Source of the DNA: Chloroflexota bacterium
GTDB lineage: Bacteria > Chloroflexota > UBA11872
Reading direction: 5' to 3'
Length of the DNA: 64,000 bases
Assembly: GCA_965208215.1 (NCBI GenBank)
Contig: CBDBOH010000002.1
Coordinates: 324,211 to 388,210, forward strand
Below the pieces are notes generated by a model that did not search any database, was not told where the DNA came from, and was given only the letters and a program-made list of their open reading frames with translations. The position numbers and the translations under genes were made by a program. Positions 1 to 9,933 of the stretch are shown here, piece after piece; the first letter of the stretch is position 1, and the number at the start of each line of letters is the position of its first letter.

Positions 1-2
1 AC

Positions 3-632
3 GTGGAGGTGTATCCAGGCGGCGAGGTTGCGATTGACGATTTGCCGGAGTTCCTGGAGGTGCGGGAGGCGCTGCCGGCGGCGGAGTTTGACAAGGCCGT
101 GCAGGCGACGCGGCGGCTGATGGACTACGGGGTGGCGGGGCGGGGGGCGTTTCGGGCTCGTGGTGGACCACCGGCTTGGATCGAGCAGAAGTTGTTCTGG
201 TTGGCGCCGGGTCTGGGCGACGGGTTGGCGGCGGTGGGGGAAGAGGCACAGGCGCGGCAGCCGGAGGTTGTGGGGCGGGTGCTGGAGACGGGAGCTCCGG
301 GCGCGCTGACAGGGTTGGGCGCGGGGGCGCTGATGGGGCTGATGGAGACGGCGGCGCCGCGGGATGGGGTGACGGTGCTGGCAGCGGAGACGGAGCTGGC
401 GGCGGGGTTGGAGTCGGTGCGGTTCCTGTTGCAGGTGTGGGGCCCGGGGTTGCACGTGCGGTTGGTGATGGTGCGGGATGAGCCGTCGGACGTTTCCAAG
501 GAGTTTGAGGCGGCGCTGCGGCGGCCGAGACAGTCGGAGACGATGCGGCTGGCGGGGGCACTGGCGCAGGGGTTGCCGGAGCCGCGTGGGTATGTGACGG
601 CGAGCGGGTTTGCGGCGGCGGTGTGGCGCTGA
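3..632 (+). CDS. Hypothetical protein, probably 5'-truncated by the window
   Basis: Open frame from the window edge, with the G-ending codon bias of neighbouring + strand genes; no recognisable motif. Confidence 0.55.
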   Translation: MEVYPGGEVAIDDLPEFLEVREALPAAEFDKAVQATRRLMDYGVAGRGAFRARGGPPAWIEQKLFWLAPGLGDGLAAVGEEAQARQPEVVGRVLETGAPGALTGLGAGALMGLMETAAPRDGVTVLAAETELAAGLESVRFLLQVWGPGLHVRLVMVRDEPSDVSKEFEAALRRPRQSETMRLAGALAQGLPEPRGYVTASGFAAAVWR

Positions 633-790
633 GCGGGCTATCCGGTGGAAGACCAATATGACGATTCGATCAAGTGAGAGGTTGAGCAATTCGCTTCCGG
701 TTGCGATCGGGGTGGCGCCGAAGAGGTTAGGGCTGGCCCGGGCGGAGCGTCGCGAACGCTCATCCGCAATACTGTCGCCCTGATGTACTT

Positions 791-2932
791 TTGCCCTGCG
801 GGCGAGAGGGTAGTTACGGGAGTCGCTGCGCCGTGAGGCTAGTTTGTGCGGCTGCGATTGCCCTGGCGGCCGCGCTGGTGCTGGCGACCCCGGTATTCGC
901 GCAGTGGCCGACGACGTGTGTGGCTCTGAACGACATCGTGGAACAGCACCTGGGCAACGATCAGAACGTTGGGATCTACCAACGGGTGTTTGGCGACCAG
1001 GCCGAGGATGGCTGCCAGGACGATCACCGCGAGGACGTGCGCGGCGTGTTTGCCTGGGCGTTCGAAGACGCAACAGCCACCAGGGATCCGGATCTGCCGC
1101 CCCTGGCCTGGCCGACCACGTGTGTGGAGTTGAACGATATCGTCGAAGCTCACCTGGGCAACGACCGGAACGTCGGGATCTACCAGCGTGTGTTTGGCGA
1201 CCAGGCCGAGGCCGGGTGCCGGGGCGATCACCGCGAGGACGTGCGGGCCGTGTTTGCCTGGGCCTTCGTGCTGCCGGGGCTGGCTGTGTCGGCCGTTTCG
1301 CCAACTGAAATTGACATAACGTGGTCGTTCGTCACCGACGACGTAACGGGCCTGGCGCTGTATCGGGACGGCGGCCTGTTGGTCAATCCCGCAGTTGAGA
1401 CGCGGACGTTTAGAGACAGCAGCCGCAGGCCGAACACCCGCTATACGTACCGACTGGTGGCGAGCCAACGCGATGGCACACAGACGGCCGACGAGCGGAC
1501 GGTGGCGACGCTGGCGTTTCGACCAAAGACGTCGGACCAGATGGCTACGACCTGGACGGGGCTACAGCAGCCGATCGTGGACTTGCGGAATCCGGACTAC
1601 ACGGAGTACCGCGTCTCGTTAGAAAGGAGCGACGGCCATACCGCAGTTTCTGACTGGAGTACCAGCAGGTGCCGAACCTTTGACAATCTGAGGCCCGAGA
1701 GCCTGTACCGAATAACGGTCAATGCCCGGAACCTGGACGGGATTGAGACGGAGGCCGCAAATGAGCGGGCCGGTGAGCATGGACGGGAGTTCTTTCCCGA
1801 ACATGTCTACACGCGAATGTATCCGGGGACCGAGGACCCGTGGGTCGTCGACCGCATCAGGGCGGCCGCCGAAATTCACGGGCTGACGGAAGCAGCCGTC
1901 GATTGGATGACCAATAACATCCTGATTGACTGGCGACGCGGCGAACCAGGTTGGGCCGGGCACATCTACGGTTATGCCGGGATCGGACACAGCTTTCTCG
2001 GAGCTCTCACGCACGAGGTCATGCACGCCTTCTGGCAGGCCTGGGATGGATTTCCGGAGCCGTGCGATCGGCTGAACTTCTACACGTTCCGGCGCGACGT
2101 GGGCCAGTTCGTTCTTGAGTTCCAGGGTTACGAACAGTCGGGCTCGACAAATCCCCTCGAGCCGTGGCGGCTGTATTACAACATGATGGTTGGGCTGCTT
2201 TCGCGAGAATCATTGGAGGGCGAGAGCTTCTGGCAGGTACTACAGCGTGGCGAATACGGCAAGCTCCTGGGGTTTTATCACCTTCTTGAGACATCAATGC
2301 CGGGGCACGCGCCGCAGCACCTGATGCTGATCCCTCCGTCGCTTCGAAAGTACCTGCATGGTTTCAAAGCGGCGGGTCCACCGCGCGCATGGCACGACGA
2401 GATCGATTGGTACACGCGGCTCGCCGACGAGGACCGCAGACTCTGGGATCTACATCTCATTAGCCACGAAGTTGCCTATCACTCGCCCGAGGCACACGCG
2501 GATCCCAGCGCGGAGAGAACCCGGATACCGGAGCCAATGCGAACCACGCTGCAGAGATCGGATCGACAGATGCTCGTGGACTTCATCAACACCCTGGAAG
2601 ACCAGGCGCCCTGGGAATGGCGAGGCGATTCTCCGCGGTTCTGGTCTTCCTATGTCCGACGTCACATCTTTACGCTGCCCATCTACCGCGCGCAGTTGAG
2701 TTCCTCAGTCGGCATTGAGCTTTCCCAGGCCAATCTGGACGGTGTCGTCCGAGCGCTGGAAGTATTGAACGAACTCCATTGCAGGCCGGGACTTCAGCAC
2801 TGTGGATACATAGAACGATACCAAGGTGTTCGGAGCGCCGGAGATTCCCGAAGTTTGATTTCAGGCATTCAGCACATTTCGGAAACGCAGCGCAGAGTTC
2901 TGCTGGAAATGGTCGAGCTGGGTCCAGACTAG
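791..2932 (+). CDS. Secreted protein: two 53-aa Cys-containing repeats, fibronectin type III-like domains, HExxH zincin-like motif
   Basis: Signal peptide (AAAIALAAALVLATPVFA/Q); repeats at 905-1063 and 1109-1267; FN3-like segments (SPTEIDITW...RPNTRYTYRLVA; LRPESLYRITVNARN); HEVMH at 2012-2026. Start codon uncertain. Confidence 0.75.
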   Translation: MPCGREGSYGSRCAVRLVCAAAIALAAALVLATPVFAQWPTTCVALNDIVEQHLGNDQNVGIYQRVFGDQAEDGCQDDHREDVRGVFAWAFEDATATRDPDLPPLAWPTTCVELNDIVEAHLGNDRNVGIYQRVFGDQAEAGCRGDHREDVRAVFAWAFVLPGLAVSAVSPTEIDITWSFVTDDVTGLALYRDGGLLVNPAVETRTFRDSSRRPNTRYTYRLVASQRDGTQTADERTVATLAFRPKTSDQMATTWTGLQQPIVDLRNPDYTEYRVSLERSDGHTAVSDWSTSRCRTFDNLRPESLYRITVNARNLDGIETEAANERAGEHGREFFPEHVYTRMYPGTEDPWVVDRIRAAAEIHGLTEAAVDWMTNNILIDWRRGEPGWAGHIYGYAGIGHSFLGALTHEVMHAFWQAWDGFPEPCDRLNFYTFRRDVGQFVLEFQGYEQSGSTNPLEPWRLYYNMMVGLLSRESLEGESFWQVLQRGEYGKLLGFYHLLETSMPGHAPQHLMLIPPSLRKYLHGFKAAGPPRAWHDEIDWYTRLADEDRRLWDLHLISHEVAYHSPEAHADPSAERTRIPEPMRTTLQRSDRQMLVDFINTLEDQAPWEWRGDSPRFWSSYVRRHIFTLPIYRAQLSSSVGIELSQANLDGVVRALEVLNELHCRPGLQHCGYIERYQGVRSAGDSRSLISGIQHISETQRRVLLEMVELGPD
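905..1267 (+). repeat. Two in-frame 159-bp direct repeats (905-1063, 1109-1267)
   Basis: WPTTCVALNDIVEQHLGNDQNVGIYQRVFGDQAEDGCQDDHREDVRGVFAWAF vs WPTTCVELNDIVEAHLGNDRNVGIYQRVFGDQAEAGCRGDHREDVRAVFAWAF. Confidence 0.95.
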
Positions 2933-3035
2933 ACAGGCCGGGTAGTATTAGCATAAAGCCATAGCAACGAGATCCGGAGGACAGCCACTCAAATGCCGCG
3001 AGTGCGCCGTTGCCCGCAGGCGGCGGCAGGACGGG

Positions 3036-4949
3036 ATGTCGCACAGAATATCGCAAGCCCGGTTCGAAAGGGAGCCAATAGTCTCCAACTTCGCGCTTCT
3101 TACACGTGAAAGAGCGGCGCGTCAGGCTAAGATTGGCCGTGTCGCGAGGACAGCTATCCCGGATGTTCTCAGAGTGCGCAGCGCTGGCGATGAAGCCGAA
3201 GACAGGGTAAGCGAAGACGTGAGTTCCGCACCTGACAATGGGTCTGTCACCCGCCAAAAGCGCACGGCATTTCGAGAGCTCTTGGCCGGACTTCGTTCTC
3301 GCCAGCGACTGCGCCAAATCATCGGCGGGAACGCGGCAGGATCCGAGTGGGTTCGGGCCTGGCGGCACGTCGGACAGCGGGTGGCTCGGAATAAGCTGGA
3401 GACAATCATCGTTGCGATCCTGACGTTCGCTGGCGGATTGTTACGCATCTACCGTGTGACGGATCTTCCCGGCGGACTTCATGGCGACGAGGCATCTACG
3501 GGTCTCGATGCGCGACGAGTCCTGGAGGAAGGATGGATTGGACCTTATGTGGACAGCGCCCTTGGTCAGCCTTCCGGGCCGCTATATGTCACTGCAGCTC
3601 TATTTCAACTGGCCGGACAAAGCTTGTTCACGTTGCATCTGTCAATGGCCTTACTTGGAATAGCTACGATTCCGGCGTCATACGTCCTCTTTCGAGTAGG
3701 TTTTGGACGATCGGTCGCAATAGTCGGCACAGCTGCACTGACATTCTCATACTGGCATATCTTCTTCAGTAGGTCGGCTTTTATGCTGATCTCGATGCCG
3801 TTATTGACGACGATCGCGGCGACGATGTTGCTGGTGGCCTTACGGTTGAAGGCAGCGTGGGCATGGTTCATCGCGGGGAGCGCGCTGGGGTTGGGCGTAT
3901 ACACATACAACGGATACGTTGTATTGGTTGCCGCTGTAGTGGTGTTTCTTGGCATTACGGTTGGAATTAGTTCAAGTGGTCGGCGCAGATTGGCGTCGGG
4001 TATTTCGATTCTCGCCGCCGGGTTTCTGATCGTGGCGTTTCCGCTTCTATGGTTGGCGGTTTCCGAGCCGGATTTCTTTTTCCAGCACCATCGAATGGTT
4101 TCGTTCTTACAGGAACCCGGATTCCAGGCGGCGCAGACGGCCAGCGAGAGAGCCGCGTACTTCCTGGGACGCGCACGAGTTGCCGCCGGGCTCCTGGTCG
4201 ATCATCCCGAGATCGACTACGTCGACGGGATGGGCGGGCGAGGGGCCATGCAGCCGGTCCTGGGATGGCTGACTTACGGCGGGCTCGTCATTAGCGTATT
4301 TCGGTGGCGCAAGCCGGCCCATTTACTCATGGCGCTGATCGTGATTCTCGGACTGAGTACCGTGATGTTCGGCACGGTGGATCTGGGCGAGTTCCGGCGG
4401 CCATTTGTGATTCTTCCGTTTGCGTATGGTCTCGCCGGCGTGGCGCTCGTGGATGGGGCGCGAGGCGTGGCCGGGCTCGTGGGCCGCGCGCACGGCCGGT
4501 TTGTTGCCGGTGCGGGAGTCGCAATAGTGCTCATAGCGACTTCATCCCTTAGCACCTGGACCTACTTCGGACGAATAGTTCATGACGATCATATCGACTG
4601 GGTCTATGCCGCCGACCTGGTTGACGCGCTGGATGCGGCCCACAGCATCGACGAGCCAGGAATCGTCTATTTCTACTCGGGCCGATGGTCATATGAATAC
4701 GAGACGCGGCGATTCTTGTATCCCGACACTCCGGGAATCGACCGATCGCGGGAGTTCGGCGAGTTTTCGTTGGAAAGGCTTGACGAAGGTCCGGTGACGT
4801 ACGTCCTGCTTTCGCCCTACTTAGAGGAATTCGATCGCCTGCGCGAGTTGTATCCCGGTGGAATCGCGGTTGAGGCCGGCGATGAGCACGGCGCCAGGCG
4901 GTTCAGCATTTATCACTTAGCATCGGTTCGAAGCGGCGCCTTCGGCTAG
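3036..4949 (+). CDS. GT-C fold glycosyltransferase (ArnT/PMT, GT39/GT83-like)
   Basis: LRIYR...GLHGDEA motif after the first TM helix, many TM helices, WHIFFSR, soluble C-terminal domain; the true start may be further downstream. Confidence 0.8.
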   Translation: MSHRISQARFEREPIVSNFALLTRERAARQAKIGRVARTAIPDVLRVRSAGDEAEDRVSEDVSSAPDNGSVTRQKRTAFRELLAGLRSRQRLRQIIGGNAAGSEWVRAWRHVGQRVARNKLETIIVAILTFAGGLLRIYRVTDLPGGLHGDEASTGLDARRVLEEGWIGPYVDSALGQPSGPLYVTAALFQLAGQSLFTLHLSMALLGIATIPASYVLFRVGFGRSVAIVGTAALTFSYWHIFFSRSAFMLISMPLLTTIAATMLLVALRLKAAWAWFIAGSALGLGVYTYNGYVVLVAAVVVFLGITVGISSSGRRRLASGISILAAGFLIVAFPLLWLAVSEPDFFFQHHRMVSFLQEPGFQAAQTASERAAYFLGRARVAAGLLVDHPEIDYVDGMGGRGAMQPVLGWLTYGGLVISVFRWRKPAHLLMALIVILGLSTVMFGTVDLGEFRRPFVILPFAYGLAGVALVDGARGVAGLVGRAHGRFVAGAGVAIVLIATSSLSTWTYFGRIVHDDHIDWVYAADLVDALDAAHSIDEPGIVYFYSGRWSYEYETRRFLYPDTPGIDRSREFGEFSLERLDEGPVTYVLLSPYLEEFDRLRELYPGGIAVEAGDEHGARRFSIYHLASVRSGAFG

Positions 4950-5249
4950 AAACACTCTTGCAGCCGGATCCCATTTGGCTCGCGTGTTCATTCTGAATTC
5001 GGAGATTGCGACGGTAGCTCTGGTCTCATGGTGGCAGGCTGTACCAGGGCAGGCGTGACTCTAAGCAGCAAGTGTCAGAGGCAATGGCCGGCACCCATAG
5101 GGGCGATGGCGAGATTGCGTGTTCGGATCGGTCCGCCCGACTCAAGCTTTTGCAGCGGGGAGCTGATCGAAGAGAAGGGTACGAAGTCGAACCGGGGGTT
5201 CACAGGGTTGGTTAGGCTGGCGGAAGTCCGTGTGCCGGGGGAGGGCGTG

Positions 5250-5657
5250 ATGGGGCGAGTGTTGATTCGGGAATCGGAGGCGGAGGTGTTCGATCGGGGC
5301 GGCGGGGTGCGGAGCATTCCGCTGATGAGCGGGGCGAAGGGGGCGCAGAACGTCTCGACAGGCATGACGATCATGGCGCCGGGGGCCGGGCTGCCGCTGC
5401 ACTTTCACGACACGGAGGAGTGCATTACGTGCGTGGAGGGGGTGGCCACGGCGGAGATCGACGGCGAGCAGCTGACGTTGCAGCCGTTCGATCACGTGTG
5501 GATCCCGAACGGGGCGCATCACCGGTTCTGGAATGACGGGGATTCGCAGATGCGGATTGTGTGGACGTACGGAAAGCCGGAAGTGAGCCGGACGTTTGTG
5601 GCGACGGGGCAGACGGTGAAGCACATGTCGGCGGATGATGTGGCGGAGCCGCGGTAG
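5250..5657 (+). CDS. Cupin domain protein
   Basis: PLHFHDTEE and IPNGAHHRF cupin motifs; ATG at 5250 preceded by GGAGG. Confidence 0.85.
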   Translation: MGRVLIRESEAEVFDRGGGVRSIPLMSGAKGAQNVSTGMTIMAPGAGLPLHFHDTEECITCVEGVATAEIDGEQLTLQPFDHVWIPNGAHHRFWNDGDSQMRIVWTYGKPEVSRTFVATGQTVKHMSADDVAEPR

Positions 5658-5697
5658 CCGGGGCTATTCCCGGGCGACTTGCGGTCAGGCGGCCTGA

Positions 5698-5810
5698 GAG
5701 ATCGTCAGCTGAGAGGTGGAGTTGCGGGGCGATTCGACCCGCAGCGCAGCCCTGTCCCTGCCGGGGAGAGGGAGCAAGAGCGGTGCGGGTCCAGAGTGTT
5801 GCAAGCCCTC
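5698..5810. mobile_element. Degenerate copy of the ~120-bp MITE-like element at 16612-16732
   Basis: 22-nt exact match CGGGGAGAGGGAGCAAGAGCGG (5762-5783 = 16672-16693) plus colinear similarity on both sides. Confidence 0.55.
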
Positions 5811-5870
5811 CGCCGTGGCTCTCGCGCGAGGGTGTGGGCGAAAGAGCGCGGCCCGCGCTGGTGGTTGGCC

Positions 5871-6350
5871 CTAGCTGCGGGTGGTGGTTAGTTCGAGGAC
5901 GGCGGAGGAGGTGTCGCGGGCGCGGCGTTCGACCTTGATGAGGAGGTGCTGGGTGCCGTTGGGGCTTTCGTATTCGAGTTCGCCGCCGCGGGCGGTGAGC
6001 TCGGAACGCGAGAGTTCCTTCCAGCCGAGCGCGGGCATTTCGTCCAGGTAGAAGTTGAGGACGTGGCCGGCGGTGAGCTCGGAGAAGTAGACGGCGCGGT
6101 CGAAGCGCCCGTTTTCGATGCGCCGCTCGAGGTGGTCGGTGCGGCCGGCGCGCATTTCGGGCATGGCGGGGAGTTGAGCGGCAAGGTTTTCGCCCAAGGA
6201 CTCGGGGGGCTCCTCAGGAAGCGGCGTGGGTTCCGGTTCGGTGGCGGCCTCGCCGCAGGCGGCGAGCGCGAGGGCGAGCGGAGCGCCGAGGCCGGCCAGG
6301 CGGAGGAGCGAGCGGCGGGCTACGGGTCGAGCGTGGTGTGTGGAGTTCAA
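5871..6350 (-). CDS. Tat-exported lipoprotein of unknown function
   Basis: ARRSLL twin-arginine motif, hydrophobic stretch, LAAC lipobox, Pro/Glu linker; start (TTG 6350) inferred. Confidence 0.65.
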   Translation of the reverse strand: MNSTHHARPVARRSLLRLAGLGAPLALALAACGEAATEPEPTPLPEEPPESLGENLAAQLPAMPEMRAGRTDHLERRIENGRFDRAVYFSELTAGHVLNFYLDEMPALGWKELSRSELTARGGELEYESPNGTQHLLIKVERRARDTSSAVLELTTTRS

Positions 6351-6440
6351 GGGGGTGATCCCGGGTCTGGTGCAATACTCCGTCGGTTCGTGCGCAGTAT
6401 CACCTGTGGCGGCGTGTCTGTGCATGTCGATGGGATGAAG

Positions 6441-6466
6441 AGGGCACCCACAAGGGGCGCCCCTAC
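6441..6466 (-). repeat. GTAG-type REP-like palindrome
   Basis: Minus strand GTAGGGGCGCCCCTTGTGGGTGCCCT; near-identical copy at 14872-14897. Confidence 0.7.
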
Positions 6467-6490
6467 CGGATCTGCCGGGGTTGGGTAGCC

Positions 6491-7360
6491 GTGGAGGCAG
6501 CGAAGGCCGCGAGTCTGCGGATTGGGACGCGCGAGTTGGCGTGGGGCGCGCGGACGTACGTGATGGGGGTGCTGAACGCAACGCCGGACTCGTTCAGCGG
6601 CGACGGGGTGGCGGCCGATCGAGAGGCGCTGGAGCGACGGGTGCGGGTGCTGGTGGACGAGGCGCCGGACGTGATTGATATCGGGGGAGAGTCAACGCGT
6701 CCCGGGGCCGCACTGGTGGACGCGGCGACGGAGTTGGCGCGGGTGCTGCCGGCGATCGAGGCGGTGCGGGCGCACGACCTGGACATTCCGATTTCGATCG
6801 ATACGCGGAAGGCGGCGGTGGCGGAGCGGGCGATCGTGGCCGGGGCGGACGCGATCAATGACGTAAGCGGGCTGCGGGACGATCCGGAAATGGCCGAGCT
6901 TGCGGCGGGGACGGGGGTTCCGGTGGTGCTGATGCATAGCCGGCGAGCGCGGGCGGTGACGACGAAGCTGGGTGGGCAGTATCGAGGGGTTCGGTACGAG
7001 GACGTTGCCAAGGACGTGGTGCGGGAGGGGCTTGAACTCGTGGAAGCGGCGCTGGAGGCGGGAATCGCGCGGCAGGCGCTGGTATTCGATCCCGGGATTG
7101 GGTTCGGGAAGACGCCGGCGCAGAACGTGGAATTGCTGCGGAACCTGGAGGCGCTACGGGAAATCGGGTTGCCGCTGCTGGTGGGGGTGTCGCGGAAGTC
7201 ATTCATCGGGGAACTGACGGGGCAACCAGCCGACGATCGGCTGGAAGGGTCGCTGGCGGCGGCGGTGGCGGCGGTGGCGAAGAGGGCGGACATGGTTCGG
7301 GTGCATGACGTGGGGGCGACGCGGAGGGCGTTGGCGGTGGCGGATGCGTTGTATCGATAG
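6491..7360 (+). CDS. folP: Dihydropteroate synthase
   Basis: VMGVLNATPDSFSGDG, DIGGESTRPG, SIDT, DPGIGFGK, SRKS, VRVHDV. Confidence 0.95.
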   Translation: MEAAKAASLRIGTRELAWGARTYVMGVLNATPDSFSGDGVAADREALERRVRVLVDEAPDVIDIGGESTRPGAALVDAATELARVLPAIEAVRAHDLDIPISIDTRKAAVAERAIVAGADAINDVSGLRDDPEMAELAAGTGVPVVLMHSRRARAVTTKLGGQYRGVRYEDVAKDVVREGLELVEAALEAGIARQALVFDPGIGFGKTPAQNVELLRNLEALREIGLPLLVGVSRKSFIGELTGQPADDRLEGSLAAAVAAVAKRADMVRVHDVGATRRALAVADALYR

Positions 7361-7543
7361 GCGGCGGGTGCGGGGTAGGGGCGCGAGGTTGCGCGGGTCC
7401 CAGGCTGCGCGCAGCCTGGGCCACAGGGCGCGCAGCCTGGGTCACGGGGTAGGCGTTGAAGGGGGAGGGTGGCGGGCGTATGCTTTTTGGCCGCCCGAGC
7501 CTGGCCCTGGGTTTCCCGTGCCATCTGTGAGGTTTGACGTTCT

Positions 7544-8494
7544 GTGAATACTGTTCTGCGAGGACGTGAGGGGCTGGAGGTTGTGGTCAGCCGTGAGGGT
7601 CCGTTTACGCCTATCGGCGAGCGACTGAATCCGACGAATAAGCCGCGGTTGCAGCGGGCGTACGACACGGGGAACTGGGCATACGTGCAGCGCGACGCCA
7701 AGCGGCAGGTGCGAGCCGGGGCGCGGGTGATCGACGTGAATACGGGCGATCCGCATCACGACATCGAAGAGCGCAAGATGCGCGACGCGGTGCGGGCGGT
7801 GCAGGAGGCCGTGGACGTTCCGGTGAGCGTGGATAGCTACACGGTGGACGTGCTGCTGGCCGGGCTGGAAGTGGCGGAGGGACGGCCAATCGTCAATTCG
7901 GTGCCCTTCGAGGCTGAGTACATGGACGAGTTGCTGCCGGCGATCGCGGAGCACGGGGCGGCGATGATCGGGATGTGCACGAAGGGCGGGGCGGCGATGC
8001 CGGAGACCGCCCAGGAACGCGTGGACAACGCGCGGGACCTGATTGCGGCGGCGGGCGAGCACGGAATCAAGCCGGAGGACATCATCATCGACCCGGTGTG
8101 CCTGCCAATCGGCGCCGCCGACTCGTACGGTCCCGGACTGATCCAGGCGATCCACATCCTGGCCGAAGAGGACGGGGTGAACATGAGCATCGGGCTGAGC
8201 AACGTGTCGTTCGGGCTGCCGAACCGACGGCCGCTGAATGCGGCAGCGCTGCTGATGGCGATCGAGGCGGGGCTGACGGCGGCGATCCTGGACATGACGC
8301 ACAAGGAGACGCGGCACGCGGTGCTGGCGGCGAACCTGGTGCATGGGCTGGATGAGTTTTCGTCGAGCTGGATTCGGAATTACCGCGACGAGGAAGCCAG
8401 GAAAGAGCGGCTGGAGCAGCGGCGGGCGGCGAAGGCGGGGAAGTCGAAGGCGCCGCCGCCAGCAGCGACGGGGCGCGCGCCACTGGAGTTGTAG
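7544..8494 (+). CDS. Stand-alone pterin-binding methyltransferase (MetH pterin domain / AcsE-like methyl-THF:corrinoid methyltransferase)
   Basis: IGERLNPT, IDVN, SVDS, IVNS, IIDP, GLSNVSFGLP motifs. Confidence 0.85.
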   Translation: MNTVLRGREGLEVVVSREGPFTPIGERLNPTNKPRLQRAYDTGNWAYVQRDAKRQVRAGARVIDVNTGDPHHDIEERKMRDAVRAVQEAVDVPVSVDSYTVDVLLAGLEVAEGRPIVNSVPFEAEYMDELLPAIAEHGAAMIGMCTKGGAAMPETAQERVDNARDLIAAAGEHGIKPEDIIIDPVCLPIGAADSYGPGLIQAIHILAEEDGVNMSIGLSNVSFGLPNRRPLNAAALLMAIEAGLTAAILDMTHKETRHAVLAANLVHGLDEFSSSWIRNYRDEEARKERLEQRRAAKAGKSKAPPPAATGRAPLEL

Positions 8495-8533
8495 GCCCTG
8501 GGGCTTAGCCTGCGCGCTGCGTCTGGGCCGGCG

Positions 8534-9928
8534 TCAGTACTGGGTCAGGGCGTCGGCGATGGGGCCGAGGCCGATGCCGTTGCTGGCTTTGAGGAGGACG
8601 GCGTCGGTGGGTTGGAGGGCGTCCCGGAGGTGGGTTTCGAGGGATTCGCGGGCGGCGTTGAGGGAGCCGGCGTCGTCAAGGGTGGCTGAGAGCAGGACGA
8701 CGCGTTCGTCTGGCATGCCGGCTTCTCGCGCGCCTTGCGCCAGGCCCGCGGCGTCCTGGCCGATGGCGATGAGCAGGTCGGCGGTGGCGGCAGCCTGGCC
8801 GACCCGGTGGTGGTCGCGGGCGGACTCGTCGCCGAGTTCGAGCATGTCGCCGAGGACCGCGATGCGGCGGCCTTCGACCGGCAGGCTGCCGAGGGTGTCG
8901 AGGGCGGCGAGCATGGAGGCGGCGTTGGCGTTGTAGGTGTCGTCGAGGAGGGTGGTTCCGGCGGGGGTGCGGCGGAGGGTCATGCGGTGGGGGGCGGGTT
9001 GGAAGGACTGGAGGGCGTCGAGGGCCGGCTGGAAGTCGAGTCCGAGGGCCAGGACGGTGGCGGCGGCGGCGCCGAAGACGAGATCGATGGGGCCGGCGAG
9101 GCCGCGGGCATGGACTTGGCCTTGTCCCCGGGGGGTGCCAAGCGAGACGGTTGTTCCGTCAAGGGTGACTCGGCCGTTCACGACGATATCGGCGGTTGGG
9201 TCGCGGCCGAAGGTGAGGATGGGGCCGGGGGCGCGGGCGCGGAGTTGGGGGAGCCAGCGGCTATCGGCGGGGAGGACGGCGGGGGCGTTAGCGGGCAAGG
9301 CGGTGAGGAGTTCGGACTTGGCCTGGACGATGTTCTCGATGGAGCCGAAGAGGCCGATGTGGGCGCCGGAGATGCTGGTGATGACGGCGGCGTCGGGGGC
9401 GGCGACGCGGCAGTAGGACTCGATTTCGCCGCGGACCTGGGCGCCCATTTCGATGACGGCGAAGCGGTGGTCGGGGCGCAGGCGGGCGAGGGTGGTGGGG
9501 ACGCCGACGTCGGTGTTCTCGCTGCGGTCGGTGGCGAGGGTGCGCCCGTGCCCTCCGAGGGCGGCGGCCAGGGCCTGCTTGGTGGAGGTCTTGCCGTTGC
9601 TGCCGGTGACGCCGATGAAGGTGGCGCGGGAGCGGTCGCGGAGGCCGCGGGCGAGTTGCTGGAAGGCGGCGAGCGCGTCGGGGGCGGTGACCTGGCGCCA
9701 GGCCGGGTGTTCGGGGTCGACGCGGCTGCCGAGGGTCGCGGCGGCGCCGCGGCTGAGGGCGTCGCCGAGGTAGTCGTTGCCATCGACGCGGGCGCCGGGG
9801 AGGGCGACGAAGAGCATGCCGGGCTGGATGCGGCGGCTGTCGAAGTGGGCAGCGGGGATTTGGGGGTTGGGGGTGTCAGGCGGGAATGGCTGGCTCGCCG
9901 CGGCGTATACATGGGAGAGCTTGAACAT
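8534..9928 (-). CDS. murF: MurF-like Mur ligase (divergent)
   Basis: DSR, VTGSNGKTSTK P-loop, EMG, DDTYNAN, LGDMLELG, LKAS motifs; start ATG 9928. Confidence 0.85.
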   Translation of the reverse strand: MFKLSHVYAAASQPFPPDTPNPQIPAAHFDSRRIQPGMLFVALPGARVDGNDYLGDALSRGAAATLGSRVDPEHPAWRQVTAPDALAAFQQLARGLRDRSRATFIGVTGSNGKTSTKQALAAALGGHGRTLATDRSENTDVGVPTTLARLRPDHRFAVIEMGAQVRGEIESYCRVAAPDAAVITSISGAHIGLFGSIENIVQAKSELLTALPANAPAVLPADSRWLPQLRARAPGPILTFGRDPTADIVVNGRVTLDGTTVSLGTPRGQGQVHARGLAGPIDLVFGAAAATVLALGLDFQPALDALQSFQPAPHRMTLRRTPAGTTLLDDTYNANAASMLAALDTLGSLPVEGRRIAVLGDMLELGDESARDHHRVGQAAATADLLIAIGQDAAGLAQGAREAGMPDERVVLLSATLDDAGSLNAARESLETHLRDALQPTDAVLLKASNGIGLGPIADALTQY

Positions 9929-9933
9929 CGAGG

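Noticed and set aside
905-1267. CRISPR array or DGR template/variable repeat pair
   Set aside because: Only two in-frame coding copies, differences not confined to adenines, and no cas or reverse transcriptase gene in the window
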